This document shows, piece after piece, positions 7,638 through 17,282 of a stretch of 64,000 nucleotides of DNA. The notes beneath the pieces are model-generated. The model had not been told where the DNA came from. It worked only from the letters and a program-made list of their open reading frames with translations, and did no database searches. Positions within the stretch are counted from its first letter, which is position 1. The number at the start of each line of letters is the position of its first letter. Origin of the DNA: Patescibacteria group bacterium (GTDB lineage Bacteria > Patescibacteriota > Patescibacteriia > UBA9934); the NCBI GenBank assembly GCA_041660165.1, contig JBAZWW010000005.1, positions 16,191 through 80,190 of the forward strand, in the 5' to 3' direction. A program made the translations under genes and the position numbers.

Positions 7638-9617
7638 ATGCAACGTATTTATCAATTTTTCCGCCAGCGAAAGAAAACCTCGATACTCATCGGTATTTTA
7701 CTGCTCGGGGGAGGGATCCTCTTCGTGCGAGCGCTGAACCCAGACACTGCACAGGCGCGGTATGTGCTTGAAGTTGCAGCGCAGGGAACGCTTACAACGA
7801 ACGTTTCCGGCACCGGACAAGTCCAGGGTGAGGCGGAAATCGAGGTGAAACCAGAAGTATCTGGAAAAGTTGTTCAGCTGGTCGCAAAAAATGGGCAGCG
7901 GCTTGAGGAGGGTGACGTCATTGCCGTTCTTGATGCGAAGACCGCGAAAAAAAGCGTGCGTGACGCAAGGATCAGCCTTGAGAGCGCGCAAATCGCCTAC
8001 GAAAAACTCACGGCGGATCCAGATACCCTGTCACTCCTTCAGACAGAAAATGCCCTCGCGCAAGCGCAACGGACGCTGAAGGATTTAGAAAACAGTCCTA
8101 CCAATGAGGAATTAGACGATGCACAAGGTGAAGTCGATAAGGCACAACGTTCTTTGGAGCAGGCCGAACGCAACCTCACCAAAATACAGACATCAGCGGG
8201 ACAGGACCTAGAATCGGCTTCTGAGAACGGCTATAACGCTGTAGCGGAAGCATTCACTGATCTCACTGACCTCATGACCGATTTGTCCGACTTCATTGGC
8301 ACAGAACAGAGCGGTGAGGAATATATCAGCTATTACCACCTCTTGGTCAGCGCTTCGTATTCTGACAACGTCCTCAGCGACTATGCAACGGCTCAGGATT
8401 CTTATGCTGACGCTTGGTCCTCGTTCCAAAACACAAATCGAGACAGTAACACAGAAAAAAAGGTCGAGGTCATTACGCTCACGCTTCAAGCGGCCGAGGA
8501 TATTTCTAATGCCCTTAACAGCTCCCAGATCCTTCTGAATCGCATTGAAGATCAAGGCTACGAAAGGGCTGTCATCGCTGATCACATTGATAAAATGCTG
8601 ACGACAATCCCTGCGGATATTGTGACGACGAATGGCATTATTAACTCGCTCCGATCCTCCACGAATACGATCAAGGAAACGGACCTGAGTGCGCCAAATT
8701 CCATCGCCGACGCTAAGGATACGGTGGAGGAAGCAAAAGTCGCTCTTGTTGCCGCACAGAAAAAATACGAGGACGTGGCCGACGGTGCAGAAGAAGACGA
8801 TATTGCAAAAGCCAAAGAAACGGTTGCAGAACGTCAACAACAGCTCGCAGATCTCACGGTCAAGGCCGATAGTCTTGATGTCCGCTCCCAAAAGCTCAGT
8901 CTTGAAAGCGCCCGCAACAAATATAACGATGCACTTGAAGACTTGGCGAAGTATACGGTCCGCGCGCCAATTACCGGAACCGTGTCAAGCATCAGCTTGC
9001 ACGTTGGCGAAACGGCATCGTCGGGCAACGCGCTTGCTGTCGTCGTTGCGGAACAGTTTACGGCACAGATGACTCTGAATGAGGTTGATGTGGCTAAGGT
9101 GGCGATCGACGACCGCGCAACACTCACGTTCGACGCGATCGAAGATTTGACTACCACGGGAAAAGTCGTACAGATCGACACCATCGGCACGGTATCCCAA
9201 GGTGTTGTGAGCTACAACGTCCTTATTGCCCTTGATACCGAAGATGAACGGGTCCTTTCCGGTATGAGTGCCAACATCTCAATTATCACAGCCATTCGAC
9301 AGAATGTTATCGTGGTTTCGAGTAGTGCAGTGAAGTCATTCGGTGATACTTCCTCCGTTGAGGTACTCAATGGCGTTACGGAAACGGGAGGCACGCAGGG
9401 CGTCACGTCAAGCACGTCGCCACGCCAAGTGACCGTAGAAGTGGGTCTCTCCAATGACACACAGACCGAAATCGTTTCCGGCTTGGACGCTGGCGAGTAT
9501 GTGGTCACGAGAACAATAACGGATACCGCAACCGCGACCTCGGCCTCGTCTGCCCCAAGCTTGTTAAATAGCGGAGGCGGTCCTTCGGGTGGATTCGGCG
9601 GATCGTTCCCGCGCTAA
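7638..9617 (+). CDS. MacA/HlyD-type membrane fusion (adaptor) protein with long coiled coil
   Basis: N-terminal TM, lipoyl half motifs EVSGKV and VRAPITGTV, beta-barrel, VEVGLSNDTQTEIVSGL. Confidence 0.92.
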   Translation: MQRIYQFFRQRKKTSILIGILLLGGGILFVRALNPDTAQARYVLEVAAQGTLTTNVSGTGQVQGEAEIEVKPEVSGKVVQLVAKNGQRLEEGDVIAVLDAKTAKKSVRDARISLESAQIAYEKLTADPDTLSLLQTENALAQAQRTLKDLENSPTNEELDDAQGEVDKAQRSLEQAERNLTKIQTSAGQDLESASENGYNAVAEAFTDLTDLMTDLSDFIGTEQSGEEYISYYHLLVSASYSDNVLSDYATAQDSYADAWSSFQNTNRDSNTEKKVEVITLTLQAAEDISNALNSSQILLNRIEDQGYERAVIADHIDKMLTTIPADIVTTNGIINSLRSSTNTIKETDLSAPNSIADAKDTVEEAKVALVAAQKKYEDVADGAEEDDIAKAKETVAERQQQLADLTVKADSLDVRSQKLSLESARNKYNDALEDLAKYTVRAPITGTVSSISLHVGETASSGNALAVVVAEQFTAQMTLNEVDVAKVAIDDRATLTFDAIEDLTTTGKVVQIDTIGTVSQGVVSYNVLIALDTEDERVLSGMSANISIITAIRQNVIVVSSSAVKSFGDTSSVEVLNGVTETGGTQGVTSSTSPRQVTVEVGLSNDTQTEIVSGLDAGEYVVTRTITDTATATSASSAPSLLNSGGGPSGGFGGSFPR

Positions 9618-9621
9618 ACCT

Positions 9622-10302
9622 ATGATCGAAGTAAAGAACGTTAGTAAAACATACATCACCGGAGCTGGATCGTTTGATGCTCTCAAAGGGGTGAGCTTCA
9701 CAATTAAGGACGGCGAGTTTGTGGCCATCATGGGACCTTCGGGTTCTGGTAAAAGTACGCTCATGCATATACTAGGTGCGCTTGATACCCCGACGAGCGG
9801 AACGTACGTTCTCGATGGTAAAGATGTGTCAACGCTTTCGGAGGATGAGCTAGCAGACATTCGCCGCGAACACATCGGGTTCGTCTTTCAAGCATTCAAT
9901 CTCCTACCGCGTGCAAGCGCCATGCGCAACGTTACCCTTCCCCTTGTCTACAAACAGATTCCCAAAGAAAAGCGCGAAAAAATTGCTAAAGCAGCGTTGA
10001 AATCCGCGGGGCTCGACGAGCAATACTTCCACCATCTCTCCAACCAGCTTTCTGGCGGTCAGATTCAGCGCGTCGCCATCGCACGTGCGCTAGTAAATCA
10101 GCCATCGCTTATTCTCGCTGACGAACCGACAGGAAACCTGGACACCCGCACGGGACAAATTGTTCTCGAGACGTTCCAGAAACTCAACCGAGAGGAGAAG
10201 CGTACGATCATTCTCATTACGCACGAGCCCGATGTCGCGGAACACGCCGACCGCATTATCTTCATTCGTGACGGAAAGATCGAAAGCGACAAACCCGTAT
10301 GA
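9622..10302 (+). CDS. MacB/LolD-type ABC transporter ATP-binding protein
   Basis: GPSGSGKST, LSGGQIQR, LADEPTGNLD. Confidence 0.96.
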   Translation: MIEVKNVSKTYITGAGSFDALKGVSFTIKDGEFVAIMGPSGSGKSTLMHILGALDTPTSGTYVLDGKDVSTLSEDELADIRREHIGFVFQAFNLLPRASAMRNVTLPLVYKQIPKEKREKIAKAALKSAGLDEQYFHHLSNQLSGGQIQRVAIARALVNQPSLILADEPTGNLDTRTGQIVLETFQKLNREEKRTIILITHEPDVAEHADRIIFIRDGKIESDKPV

Positions 10303-11516
10303 TTATCTCTGACTTACTCGAAGAAACTTTTCTTGCGCTTTCCAGTAATAAAGTACGATCAGGGTTAACAACCCTCGGGATCATTATTGGCATTAGTTCG
10401 GTAATCGCCATGGTGTCCATCGGACAAGGATCACAAGCATCCATCCAGTCAAGCATTCAATCCATCGGCGCGAACCTCATCCAAGTTCAACCGGGAGCTC
10501 AACGTTCATTCGGCGGTGTTGCTACCCAGCGGGGTTCGGCCAAGTCTTTGACTGCGGAAGATGCTCAAGCGATCGCGGATGAGATCTCCGTAGCTCAAGC
10601 TGTTGCTCCCGAGGTAAGCTCGCGATATCAGGCGGCGGCAAAAGGAACAAATACGAATACGTCCATTGTTGGTACGACGCCCAGCTACACGGAGGTGCGA
10701 AACGTACAGGTAGCTGAAGGAAATTTCATTACCGATCAGCAACAGGCAAGTGTAGCGAAGGTAGCGGTGCTGGGGCCCACAGTCAGTACGGATCTCTTTG
10801 GAGAAGGCGTGAGTCCCATTGGCCAAACGATTCGTATCAATGGGAGCCAATTCACCGTTGTCGGGCTTACTGTCGCGAAAGGTGGCAGCTCGTTCTCAAG
10901 CCAAGATGACATGATCTTTATCCCGCTCTCCACGGCACAGCGATACTTCTCCGGCGATAAGTACGTGACAAGTATCTCCGTACAAGCAACGAGTGAAAAA
11001 ACGGTTGACACATTGGAAACGGAAATCACGAATCTCTTGCTGAGCAGACACCACCTTGACGCAGCGTCAGCAGACTTCAACATCCTTAACCAGGCCGACA
11101 TCATCGCTACCGCCTCAAGTGTCACGGATACGTTTACGACTCTCCTTGCGGCCGTGGCGGGTATTTCACTTGTCGTGGGAGGTATCGGCATCATGAATAT
11201 GATGCTCACTAGTGTGACGGAACGGACCAAGGAGATCGGGTTACGCAAGGCGATCGGAGCCAAACGCAAAGAAATTGAGCAACAGTTTCTTGCGGAGTCG
11301 GTCATGTTGACACTTGCGGGCGGAATTATCGGGATCGCACTCGGTCTCGGTATTTCCTTTGCCGTCTCCGCGCTCGGCATTGTCAGCACAAGCGTTTCAT
11401 GGTCCTCCGTTCTGCTTGCGTTCGGCGTCTCGGCTGTCATCGGTATCATCTTCGGATACTACCCCGCACGCCGTGCCGCAGGACTAAACCCGATCGTTGC
11501 ATTACGTTACGAATAA
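10299..11516 (+). CDS. MacB/FtsX-type ABC transporter permease
   Basis: RSGLTTLGIIIG, GGIGIMNMML..VTERTKEIGLRKAIGA, YYPARRAA..PIVALRYE. Confidence 0.96.
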   Translation: MIISDLLEETFLALSSNKVRSGLTTLGIIIGISSVIAMVSIGQGSQASIQSSIQSIGANLIQVQPGAQRSFGGVATQRGSAKSLTAEDAQAIADEISVAQAVAPEVSSRYQAAAKGTNTNTSIVGTTPSYTEVRNVQVAEGNFITDQQQASVAKVAVLGPTVSTDLFGEGVSPIGQTIRINGSQFTVVGLTVAKGGSSFSSQDDMIFIPLSTAQRYFSGDKYVTSISVQATSEKTVDTLETEITNLLLSRHHLDAASADFNILNQADIIATASSVTDTFTTLLAAVAGISLVVGGIGIMNMMLTSVTERTKEIGLRKAIGAKRKEIEQQFLAESVMLTLAGGIIGIALGLGISFAVSALGIVSTSVSWSSVLLAFGVSAVIGIIFGYYPARRAAGLNPIVALRYE

Positions 11517-11535
11517 TTCCTTATCCTTTGTTCCT

Positions 11536-12003
11536 ATGAAAAATATTCTGATCAGTGTTATCGCTACGGCTGTGATTGTGGGCGGAGGTGCGTTCTTTGG
11601 CGGTATGCAGTACGCCAAATCACAAACCCCAGCTATGGGTGACTTTGCCTCGCGTTTCGGTGACTTTGACCCAACTCAGCGCTCCGGGATGACCGGAGGG
11701 CCAGGGGGCTTCACACGCGGTCAAGCCGGTAGCGGTGGACTCGTCAGTGGCGAGATCCTTTCTATGGATACTGAAAGCATGACTATAAAACTTCCCGACG
11801 GCGGCTCTAAGCTGGTCTTCTTCTCGGATGCTTCACAGATCAATAAAATGACGGAAGGCTCCTCGGCAGACCTAGCGACGGGAACGACAATCACGGTTAC
11901 TGGAACGAGCAACGATGACGGAAGTGTTACCGCGGGCACGATCCAGATTCTTCCAGAAGGATCTTCGTTCAACATCCCTCCCGCAACTCCGTCAGCGGAA
12001 TAG
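11536..12003 (+). CDS. Membrane-anchored OB-fold (DUF5666-like) protein associated with ABC operon
   Basis: TM 'GGGAFFGGMQY', Gly-rich linker, 'VSGEILS' and 'DGSVTA' beta repeats. Confidence 0.75.
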   Translation: MKNILISVIATAVIVGGGAFFGGMQYAKSQTPAMGDFASRFGDFDPTQRSGMTGGPGGFTRGQAGSGGLVSGEILSMDTESMTIKLPDGGSKLVFFSDASQINKMTEGSSADLATGTTITVTGTSNDDGSVTAGTIQILPEGSSFNIPPATPSAE

Positions 12004-12022
12004 CTCTATATAAACCATAAAT

Positions 12023-12088
12023 GAGTTCTGACCTTGCGTACCAGCCCCGCCACAAATCCATCAGCTGTTAAGCTGGTGTTTTTGTTTG
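12023..12088 (+). repeat. Degenerate tRNA-Trp 3'-end site 3 plus copy of the tRNA terminator
   Basis: 12045-12088 matches 2786-2829 at 40/44 nt; preceded by GAGTTCTGAC-N9-CAG. Confidence 0.85.
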
Positions 12089-12141
12089 GAAATTAGTGCC
12101 TTGCCATCTATTACTATGCTAAAATGTTCTGAAAGATATAT

Positions 12142-12774
12142 ATGCCATTTATAGATAGGGAGAATGCTGGGCAACTATTGGCAGTAAGTTTGGAAGAATA
12201 CAAAGATAAATCAGTGGTGGTGTACGCGCTTCCCCGGGGAGGTGTAGCCCTTGGGCAGATTGTGGCCGAGCATCTGCACGCGCCGCTTGATCTCCTCATC
12301 CCGCGAAAGATTGGTCATCCAGATAATCCAGAATATGCGATTGCATCTGTTTCAGAAAAGGGTAATGTCATTAAAAATGAATTTGAAGTTTCACAGATAG
12401 ATCCGGTCTGGTTTGAAAGTGAAGTCACGCGTCAACGCGGAGAAGCGGCCAGACGACGAAAGCGATATCTAGCGGATCGAAAATCCTCCGATGTTAAAGG
12501 CAAGATCGCGATCATCATTGATGACGGCATCGCGACGGGTTTAACTATGAAAGCGGCTATTGATGAAGCACGAGCAAAAGAGCCGGCGACAATTGTTCTC
12601 GCGGTGCCAGTGGCCCCTAGGGACACTATCCGCGAGCTCGAACAGTTAGTAGACCGGGTGATTGTCTTAAAGCGCCCTCTGCAGTTTCAGGGGTCGATTG
12701 GTTTTTACTACAATACTTTCAATCAAGTAACTGACGAAGAGGTGGCAAACATGATGAATAATCTCCCCCTATGA
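12142..12774 (+). CDS. Type I phosphoribosyltransferase family protein
   Basis: ALPRGGV, RKIGHP, IIIDDGIATG PRPP-binding loop. Confidence 0.9.
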   Translation: MPFIDRENAGQLLAVSLEEYKDKSVVVYALPRGGVALGQIVAEHLHAPLDLLIPRKIGHPDNPEYAIASVSEKGNVIKNEFEVSQIDPVWFESEVTRQRGEAARRRKRYLADRKSSDVKGKIAIIIDDGIATGLTMKAAIDEARAKEPATIVLAVPVAPRDTIRELEQLVDRVIVLKRPLQFQGSIGFYYNTFNQVTDEEVANMMNNLPL

Positions 12775-13664
12775 AATTCTTTACAACTGATCAAAGCCAC
12801 CCGCTCTCCCAAGCTCTAGAGAGCCTAATATTTCTCGAGCGTGGAACTCAAGAGTTTGCCCGCTACAAAAATCAGGAAATGTACGCTTCATCATGCTCGC
12901 CCGTTGCAGGTGAAGACGCTGTGCTCTTTGGTTCATTCTCCCCGCCGGATGTAAGCCTTTTCCAGACTCTCCTAGCGGCCCACACTCTCAAAAAAGAAGG
13001 GGCAAAGCGCGTCATCGCTGTACTTCCGTTCGCCGCCTACATGAGACATGATAAAATAAAACCTGGTCTGAGTTTGACCACGGCTTGGGTTGGGGCTATG
13101 GCCAAAGCCTCTGGCATCGATGTGCTCCTGACCATTGATATCCATAGCCAACATGACCAAGCGCTTGTTCCGGTCGAAATAATCTCCCTCTCTACCGCCG
13201 CTCTTTTTGCCGATGAAATTACGAAACGTGGCTGGACAGATGCCACGCTCGTCGCGCCGGATAACGGTGCAGTCCACAGATGCGAGGCAGTTGCCCAAGC
13301 CCTTAAACCTACTCGTCCCGTGGCGTACTTTAAAAAAGAGCGGACCCCAGATGGCGTCATTCTGCACGATCTAGTTGGCGAAGTCACCAAGCGCTGTATT
13401 CTCATTGATGACCAGCTTGATACTGGCGCAACTCTACTTCAGGCTGCTCAGCGACTCCACGAACATGGCACAGAGGAAATCCTAGTTATAGTGACGCACG
13501 GCATTTTTACCGGCGACGCCTGGAAGAAGCTTAAAAACGTTGGCGTAAAAGAAATGATCGTTTCCGACTCGCTCGCGCCAAGAACAAACGAGCCATGGGT
13601 TTCCTACGTCTCAGTCGCGCCACTCCTTGAGCGGGCACTCAAGCAATATGCCAAAGTCAACTGA
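12771..13664 (+). CDS. prs: Ribose-phosphate pyrophosphokinase-like protein
   Basis: PFAAYMRHDK, TIDIHS, VAPDNGA, ILIDDQLDTGATL, VTHGIF. Confidence 0.85.
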   Translation: MKFFTTDQSHPLSQALESLIFLERGTQEFARYKNQEMYASSCSPVAGEDAVLFGSFSPPDVSLFQTLLAAHTLKKEGAKRVIAVLPFAAYMRHDKIKPGLSLTTAWVGAMAKASGIDVLLTIDIHSQHDQALVPVEIISLSTAALFADEITKRGWTDATLVAPDNGAVHRCEAVAQALKPTRPVAYFKKERTPDGVILHDLVGEVTKRCILIDDQLDTGATLLQAAQRLHEHGTEEILVIVTHGIFTGDAWKKLKNVGVKEMIVSDSLAPRTNEPWVSYVSVAPLLERALKQYAKVN

Positions 13665-14295
13665 ACAAAATATCATCATTCCAGTTGACGGAAAAAAACT
13701 GGAAGGCATTCTTCGTCTGCCGTCAAATACCTCGCTTTTCGTAGTATTCGTGCACGGGAGCGGTAGTAGTAGGCTAAGTCCGCGTAACGCATTCGTGGCT
13801 GAGAGCCTATATCAAGCCGGGATCGGCACCCTCCTTTTTGATCTCCTGACTGAAACCGAGGACGAAACCTACGCCGCCAGATTCGACATCGATCTTCTTG
13901 TTAACCGACTGTTGAGCGCTCTCGCCTGGCTGCGCACACAGGAAAATACCAAACAATTAAGCTTTGGATTATTTGGTGCGAGCACCGGAGCGGCGGCCGC
14001 CCTTATCGTAGCCGCCGGCAGGCCAAATGAAATTGCGGCCGTAGTTTCTCGCGGTGGGCGCACGGACCTATCCGGTGATAGCCTCTCGCGTGTCGTCGTG
14101 CCAACCCTCTTCATTGTCGGCGGGGCGGATGACGAGGTACTGGCCCTCAACCGCGATTCATACAGTCAACTGGCTGGACCAAAAGATTTGGCAGTTATTC
14201 CCGGTGCCACTCATCTCTTCGAGGAAGCAGGTGCCCTTGAAAAAGTAGCTGAGCTTACCGTGAAGTGGTTCGTTAAACACACACCCACTCACTAA
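13648..14295 (+). CDS. Alpha/beta hydrolase (dienelactone hydrolase-like)
   Basis: HGSGSSRLSPRN, FGASTGAA nucleophile elbow, IPGATHLF. Confidence 0.9.
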   Translation: MPKSTEQNIIIPVDGKKLEGILRLPSNTSLFVVFVHGSGSSRLSPRNAFVAESLYQAGIGTLLFDLLTETEDETYAARFDIDLLVNRLLSALAWLRTQENTKQLSFGLFGASTGAAAALIVAAGRPNEIAAVVSRGGRTDLSGDSLSRVVVPTLFIVGGADDEVLALNRDSYSQLAGPKDLAVIPGATHLFEEAGALEKVAELTVKWFVKHTPTH

Positions 14296-14345
14296 AAATA
14301 GTCTACCAGGCATATACTCTACAAAAGAATTTTAATACCCGTTCT

Positions 14346-14717
14346 ATGAATCTAATTTCCTGGGAATCGTTACTACCGATCAAGGACATCTTCGGCGAAG
14401 ATCTTCCCGAGCTCAATATGACTGGTATTGACCTGGCTACGGACGTCTACCAAACCGCGGAAGGCGTAACTGTAGAAATGCAGCTCCCCGGCATCAAGCT
14501 AGACGCTTATGACGTGAAGGTGAGGGACGGTATGCTCGTCGTTTCCGGTAAACGTGACAAAACAACCGAAGTCGAAGACAAAAATTACTATCATAAAGAA
14601 ATTCAACGCGGCTCATTTGAACGCCGAGTTAAATTGCCAGATGTAGCCTTAAAAACTGACGCCCTAAGACCAGATATTGCAGACGGAACCTTGAAACTAT
14701 TCATTCCAAAAGCTTAA
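14346..14717 (+). CDS. Hsp20/alpha-crystallin small heat-shock protein
   Basis: DVYQT..LPGI, EIQRGSFERRVKLP, DGTLKLFIPK. Confidence 0.92.
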   Translation: MNLISWESLLPIKDIFGEDLPELNMTGIDLATDVYQTAEGVTVEMQLPGIKLDAYDVKVRDGMLVVSGKRDKTTEVEDKNYYHKEIQRGSFERRVKLPDVALKTDALRPDIADGTLKLFIPKA

Positions 14718-14721
14718 ATAT

Positions 14722-15075
14722 ATGGATTTGTCTGCTCAGGATCTGGTGGCCGAAGCTAAGCGCGAAGTGCCTGCAATCTCCTGTACTGACTATCTCGCGT
14801 TACGAGCCAAAGGAGAGCCGCACACGCTCATTGATGTCCGCGAACAAGATGAGTGGGGGGCCGGCCATATAGAAGGCGCGATCCACATTCCAAGAGGTCT
14901 CCTGGAATTCAAAATTCCCGAATCGATCCCGGATAAACAAACCCCGATCATTGTTCAGTGCGCAACCGGTGGCCGGTCGGCTCTCTGTGGCCAAACCCTT
15001 CTTAAGATGGGTTACACAAACATCAGAAATCTTGAAGGCGGCTACACAGAATATCGCACAGTCAGCCAACGATGA
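14722..15075 (+). CDS. Rhodanese-like sulfurtransferase
   Basis: IDVREQDEW..GHIEGAIHIP, CATGGRS, NLEGG. Confidence 0.93.
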   Translation: MDLSAQDLVAEAKREVPAISCTDYLALRAKGEPHTLIDVREQDEWGAGHIEGAIHIPRGLLEFKIPESIPDKQTPIIVQCATGGRSALCGQTLLKMGYTNIRNLEGGYTEYRTVSQR

Positions 15076-15437
15076 TCATTAACAAACTCATCAGCGGAAA
15101 TGACGTTCAGAAGCCAGCCCTGAATAACACCGGGACGCATTATGCCTTTCGTGTAAATAGTCATGACCCGAATCATTGGACAGGACCAGATTCATTCGCG
15201 ATTATCTCAGACCTCGGCAACGGAGCTTACTATGACTACATCGACTCACTCATTTGGGTAGATGACGACACATTCGTCTATCGCGCGCAAACCAATGGCG
15301 AGTGGCGGGTTGTCATCAATCATGTGGGGCAAGAAGCCTTTAAGTATGTAGACTTCCTGACAGTTAGCAAGGGAGTGATTACATACTCCGCTGAACACGA
15401 AGACGGGACGTGGACAGACGAGGCGTTAAGGTTCTAA
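15072..15437 (+). CDS. Hypothetical beta-rich protein (possibly a fragment)
   Basis: ORF overlapping the rhodanese stop (ATGA); beta-propeller-like blades. Confidence 0.55.
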   Translation: MIINKLISGNDVQKPALNNTGTHYAFRVNSHDPNHWTGPDSFAIISDLGNGAYYDYIDSLIWVDDDTFVYRAQTNGEWRVVINHVGQEAFKYVDFLTVSKGVITYSAEHEDGTWTDEALRF

Positions 15438-15447
15438 TGAAAGCAAT

Positions 15448-15946
15448 ATGAACACGGCATCGCCAAAACCGAAGAATTTGAAGCAAAAAATCCTGGCGGG
15501 CTGATCTGTACCCTAAAGAGTGGACCACGTCTGCAGAAGACGGGCCGGGAGCTTTTACGGCGGTGGACTCGACCATTGATGTGCATTACCTCGCTACAGA
15601 ATCATTACCGCCCAAGGATTGGGCCGATCTCTATTCCGGCGGTCCAGATAAGCTGATCAAAAACAGCCACCAGAGGCTCTGCGAACAAACAGGACAGTGT
15701 GCCAAACTTGTCGCCACATCAACGGGGACGATAGGCGGGACAAAAGTTTCCTTGTTTCACTACCAGCTGGATGCCGGGCAATTTGACCATCCAGGCGTGG
15801 TTTTGAATGAATATGTTATGGGGACAATTGGCGGGACAACGTATTATCAGTTGAGCCTGATAATTTCCTCAGAAACTTCAAATAAAATCACAGCCGAACG
15901 GGTCACGAAGTTCATGCAGATGGCCAGGACGTTCAACGTTGAGTAG
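15448..15946 (+). pseudogene. Internally deleted PsbP-like exported protein remnant
   Basis: Short N-terminus MNTASPKPKNLKQKILAG* followed by an out-of-register body (YPKEW...MARTFNVE, ORF 15563..15946). Confidence 0.45.
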
Positions 15947-15970
15947 AAGTTCGGCCGGAGCTTTGACCGG

Positions 15971-16231
15971 GTGTTACACGGGTGTTACACTCCCAAGCTT
16001 GGTTCTGTCACGAAGAAGCGGATTAGGGGTGCGATTGAGAGTAGGCTCATGACCAGACCGGAGATTTTTGGGCTACCGCTCCGTCATTCCAAGAAAGGCG
16101 ATAGAAAACTACGTGTTGGGGATTATCGTGTCATCTTTCGTATCGGGCGGAGCCAAGTGAAGGTGTATCTTATTGAACATCGCTCCGTTGTGTACAAGAT
16201 GCTCATGCAACGAGTACGGAAAGAATTTTAG
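15971..16231 (+). pseudogene. RelE/ParE-family toxin, 5'-truncated, no antitoxin
   Basis: PEIFGLPLRHSKKGDRKLRVGDYRVIF..IEHRSVVY; N-terminal strand replaced by a GGGTGTTACAC x2 duplication. Confidence 0.7.
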
Positions 16232-16358
16232 CTTCACTAATTTATGTTCCTTGCCCACATTCCGGCTGGCGCGGTTTGTTGGCGGTGTTTGCGGTGATGG
16301 CGTTTCTGTTGGGCGGAGACAGGCAGAAAAAACCGTGCGCGTGCTACACTATGGGCAT

Positions 16359-16625
16359 ATGAAAAATGTGATCAGTGCGCATCGCGTTGGTCTGGCCTTT
16401 GGCGGAGTGCTTGGGTTGTGGCATTTGGCGTGGTCCGTCATGGTGGCGCTTGGCATTGCCCAGCCATTCATGGATTGGATCCTTCAGCTTCACATGATTG
16501 AATTGTCATACAGGGTTTTGCCGTTTGCTCCGCTCATGGCGCTTGGGCTCATTATTGTCACATCAGCCTTTGGCTACATCATTGGCTACGTCCTTGGTAC
16601 TCTTTGGAACGCCGTGCAAAAGTAA
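16359..16625 (+). CDS. Small two-TM membrane protein (DUF5676-like)
   Basis: GLWHLAWS..QPFMDWILQLHMI; TACACT -10 just upstream. Confidence 0.8.
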   Translation: MKNVISAHRVGLAFGGVLGLWHLAWSVMVALGIAQPFMDWILQLHMIELSYRVLPFAPLMALGLIIVTSAFGYIIGYVLGTLWNAVQK

Positions 16626-16645
16626 TTTTGGTTCAGCGTTATTTT

Positions 16646-17266
16646 ATGATGACTGCCTGGACTCCGGCCGAGCGCAAAATATTGAAGACGCTGTCTACGC
16701 CAGCCAAGATCCAGGATTTTGTGAACTCGCTTGAATATCGAGTATCGGGTGATAACGAGACGTGTCTGTCTCCCCGCCGAGTGCTTGAGGAAAGAAACGC
16801 GCAGTGCATAGAGGGCGCCATGTTCGCTGCGTCGGCTTTACGAGTGAATGGTTTCCCACCGCTCATTGTCGATCTGGAATCCTCGGTGAATGATTACGAC
16901 CACGTGATTACGGTCTATCAAATTCACGGGCACTGGGGGGCGATTTCAAAAACGAATCATGGGGTGTTGCGATACCGCGAGCCGGTCTATCGAACGATTC
17001 GAGAACTCGTGATGAGTTACTTTCACGAGTATTTCTTGCAGTCCACGCGCGCCAAAACATTACGAGCCTTTTCAAAGCCGGTGGATCTTTCCCGGTTTGA
17101 CAAACAAGAGTGGGAAACGAGCGCAGAGCCTCTTTGGTACATCCCGGAATATCTGCTGACTATTCCGCACTCGCCTATCTTAACGAAAAGCCAAATCGCC
17201 CGCCTTAGAAAAGCCGATCCCGTAGAAGTTGCCATGGGCGAAATTGTCGAGTGGCCGGAAAGATGA
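16646..17266 (+). CDS. Transglutaminase-like/hypothetical cysteine-protease-fold protein
   Basis: SPRRVL..AQCIEGA, DHVI, WGAISKTN, YREPVY. Confidence 0.75.
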   Translation: MMTAWTPAERKILKTLSTPAKIQDFVNSLEYRVSGDNETCLSPRRVLEERNAQCIEGAMFAASALRVNGFPPLIVDLESSVNDYDHVITVYQIHGHWGAISKTNHGVLRYREPVYRTIRELVMSYFHEYFLQSTRAKTLRAFSKPVDLSRFDKQEWETSAEPLWYIPEYLLTIPHSPILTKSQIARLRKADPVEVAMGEIVEWPER

Positions 17267-17282
17267 TACACATCTTGAATCT

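Noticed and set aside
8208-11449. Long antisense ORFs (e.g. 8208..8891, 10736..11449; likewise 19130..20380, 50376..51137)
   Set aside because: Shadow frames of well-supported genes on the opposite strand with no recognisable motifs.
2794-12088. Prophage or autonomous integrative element at tRNA-Trp
   Set aside because: No integrase, replication, structural or conjugation genes between the junctions.
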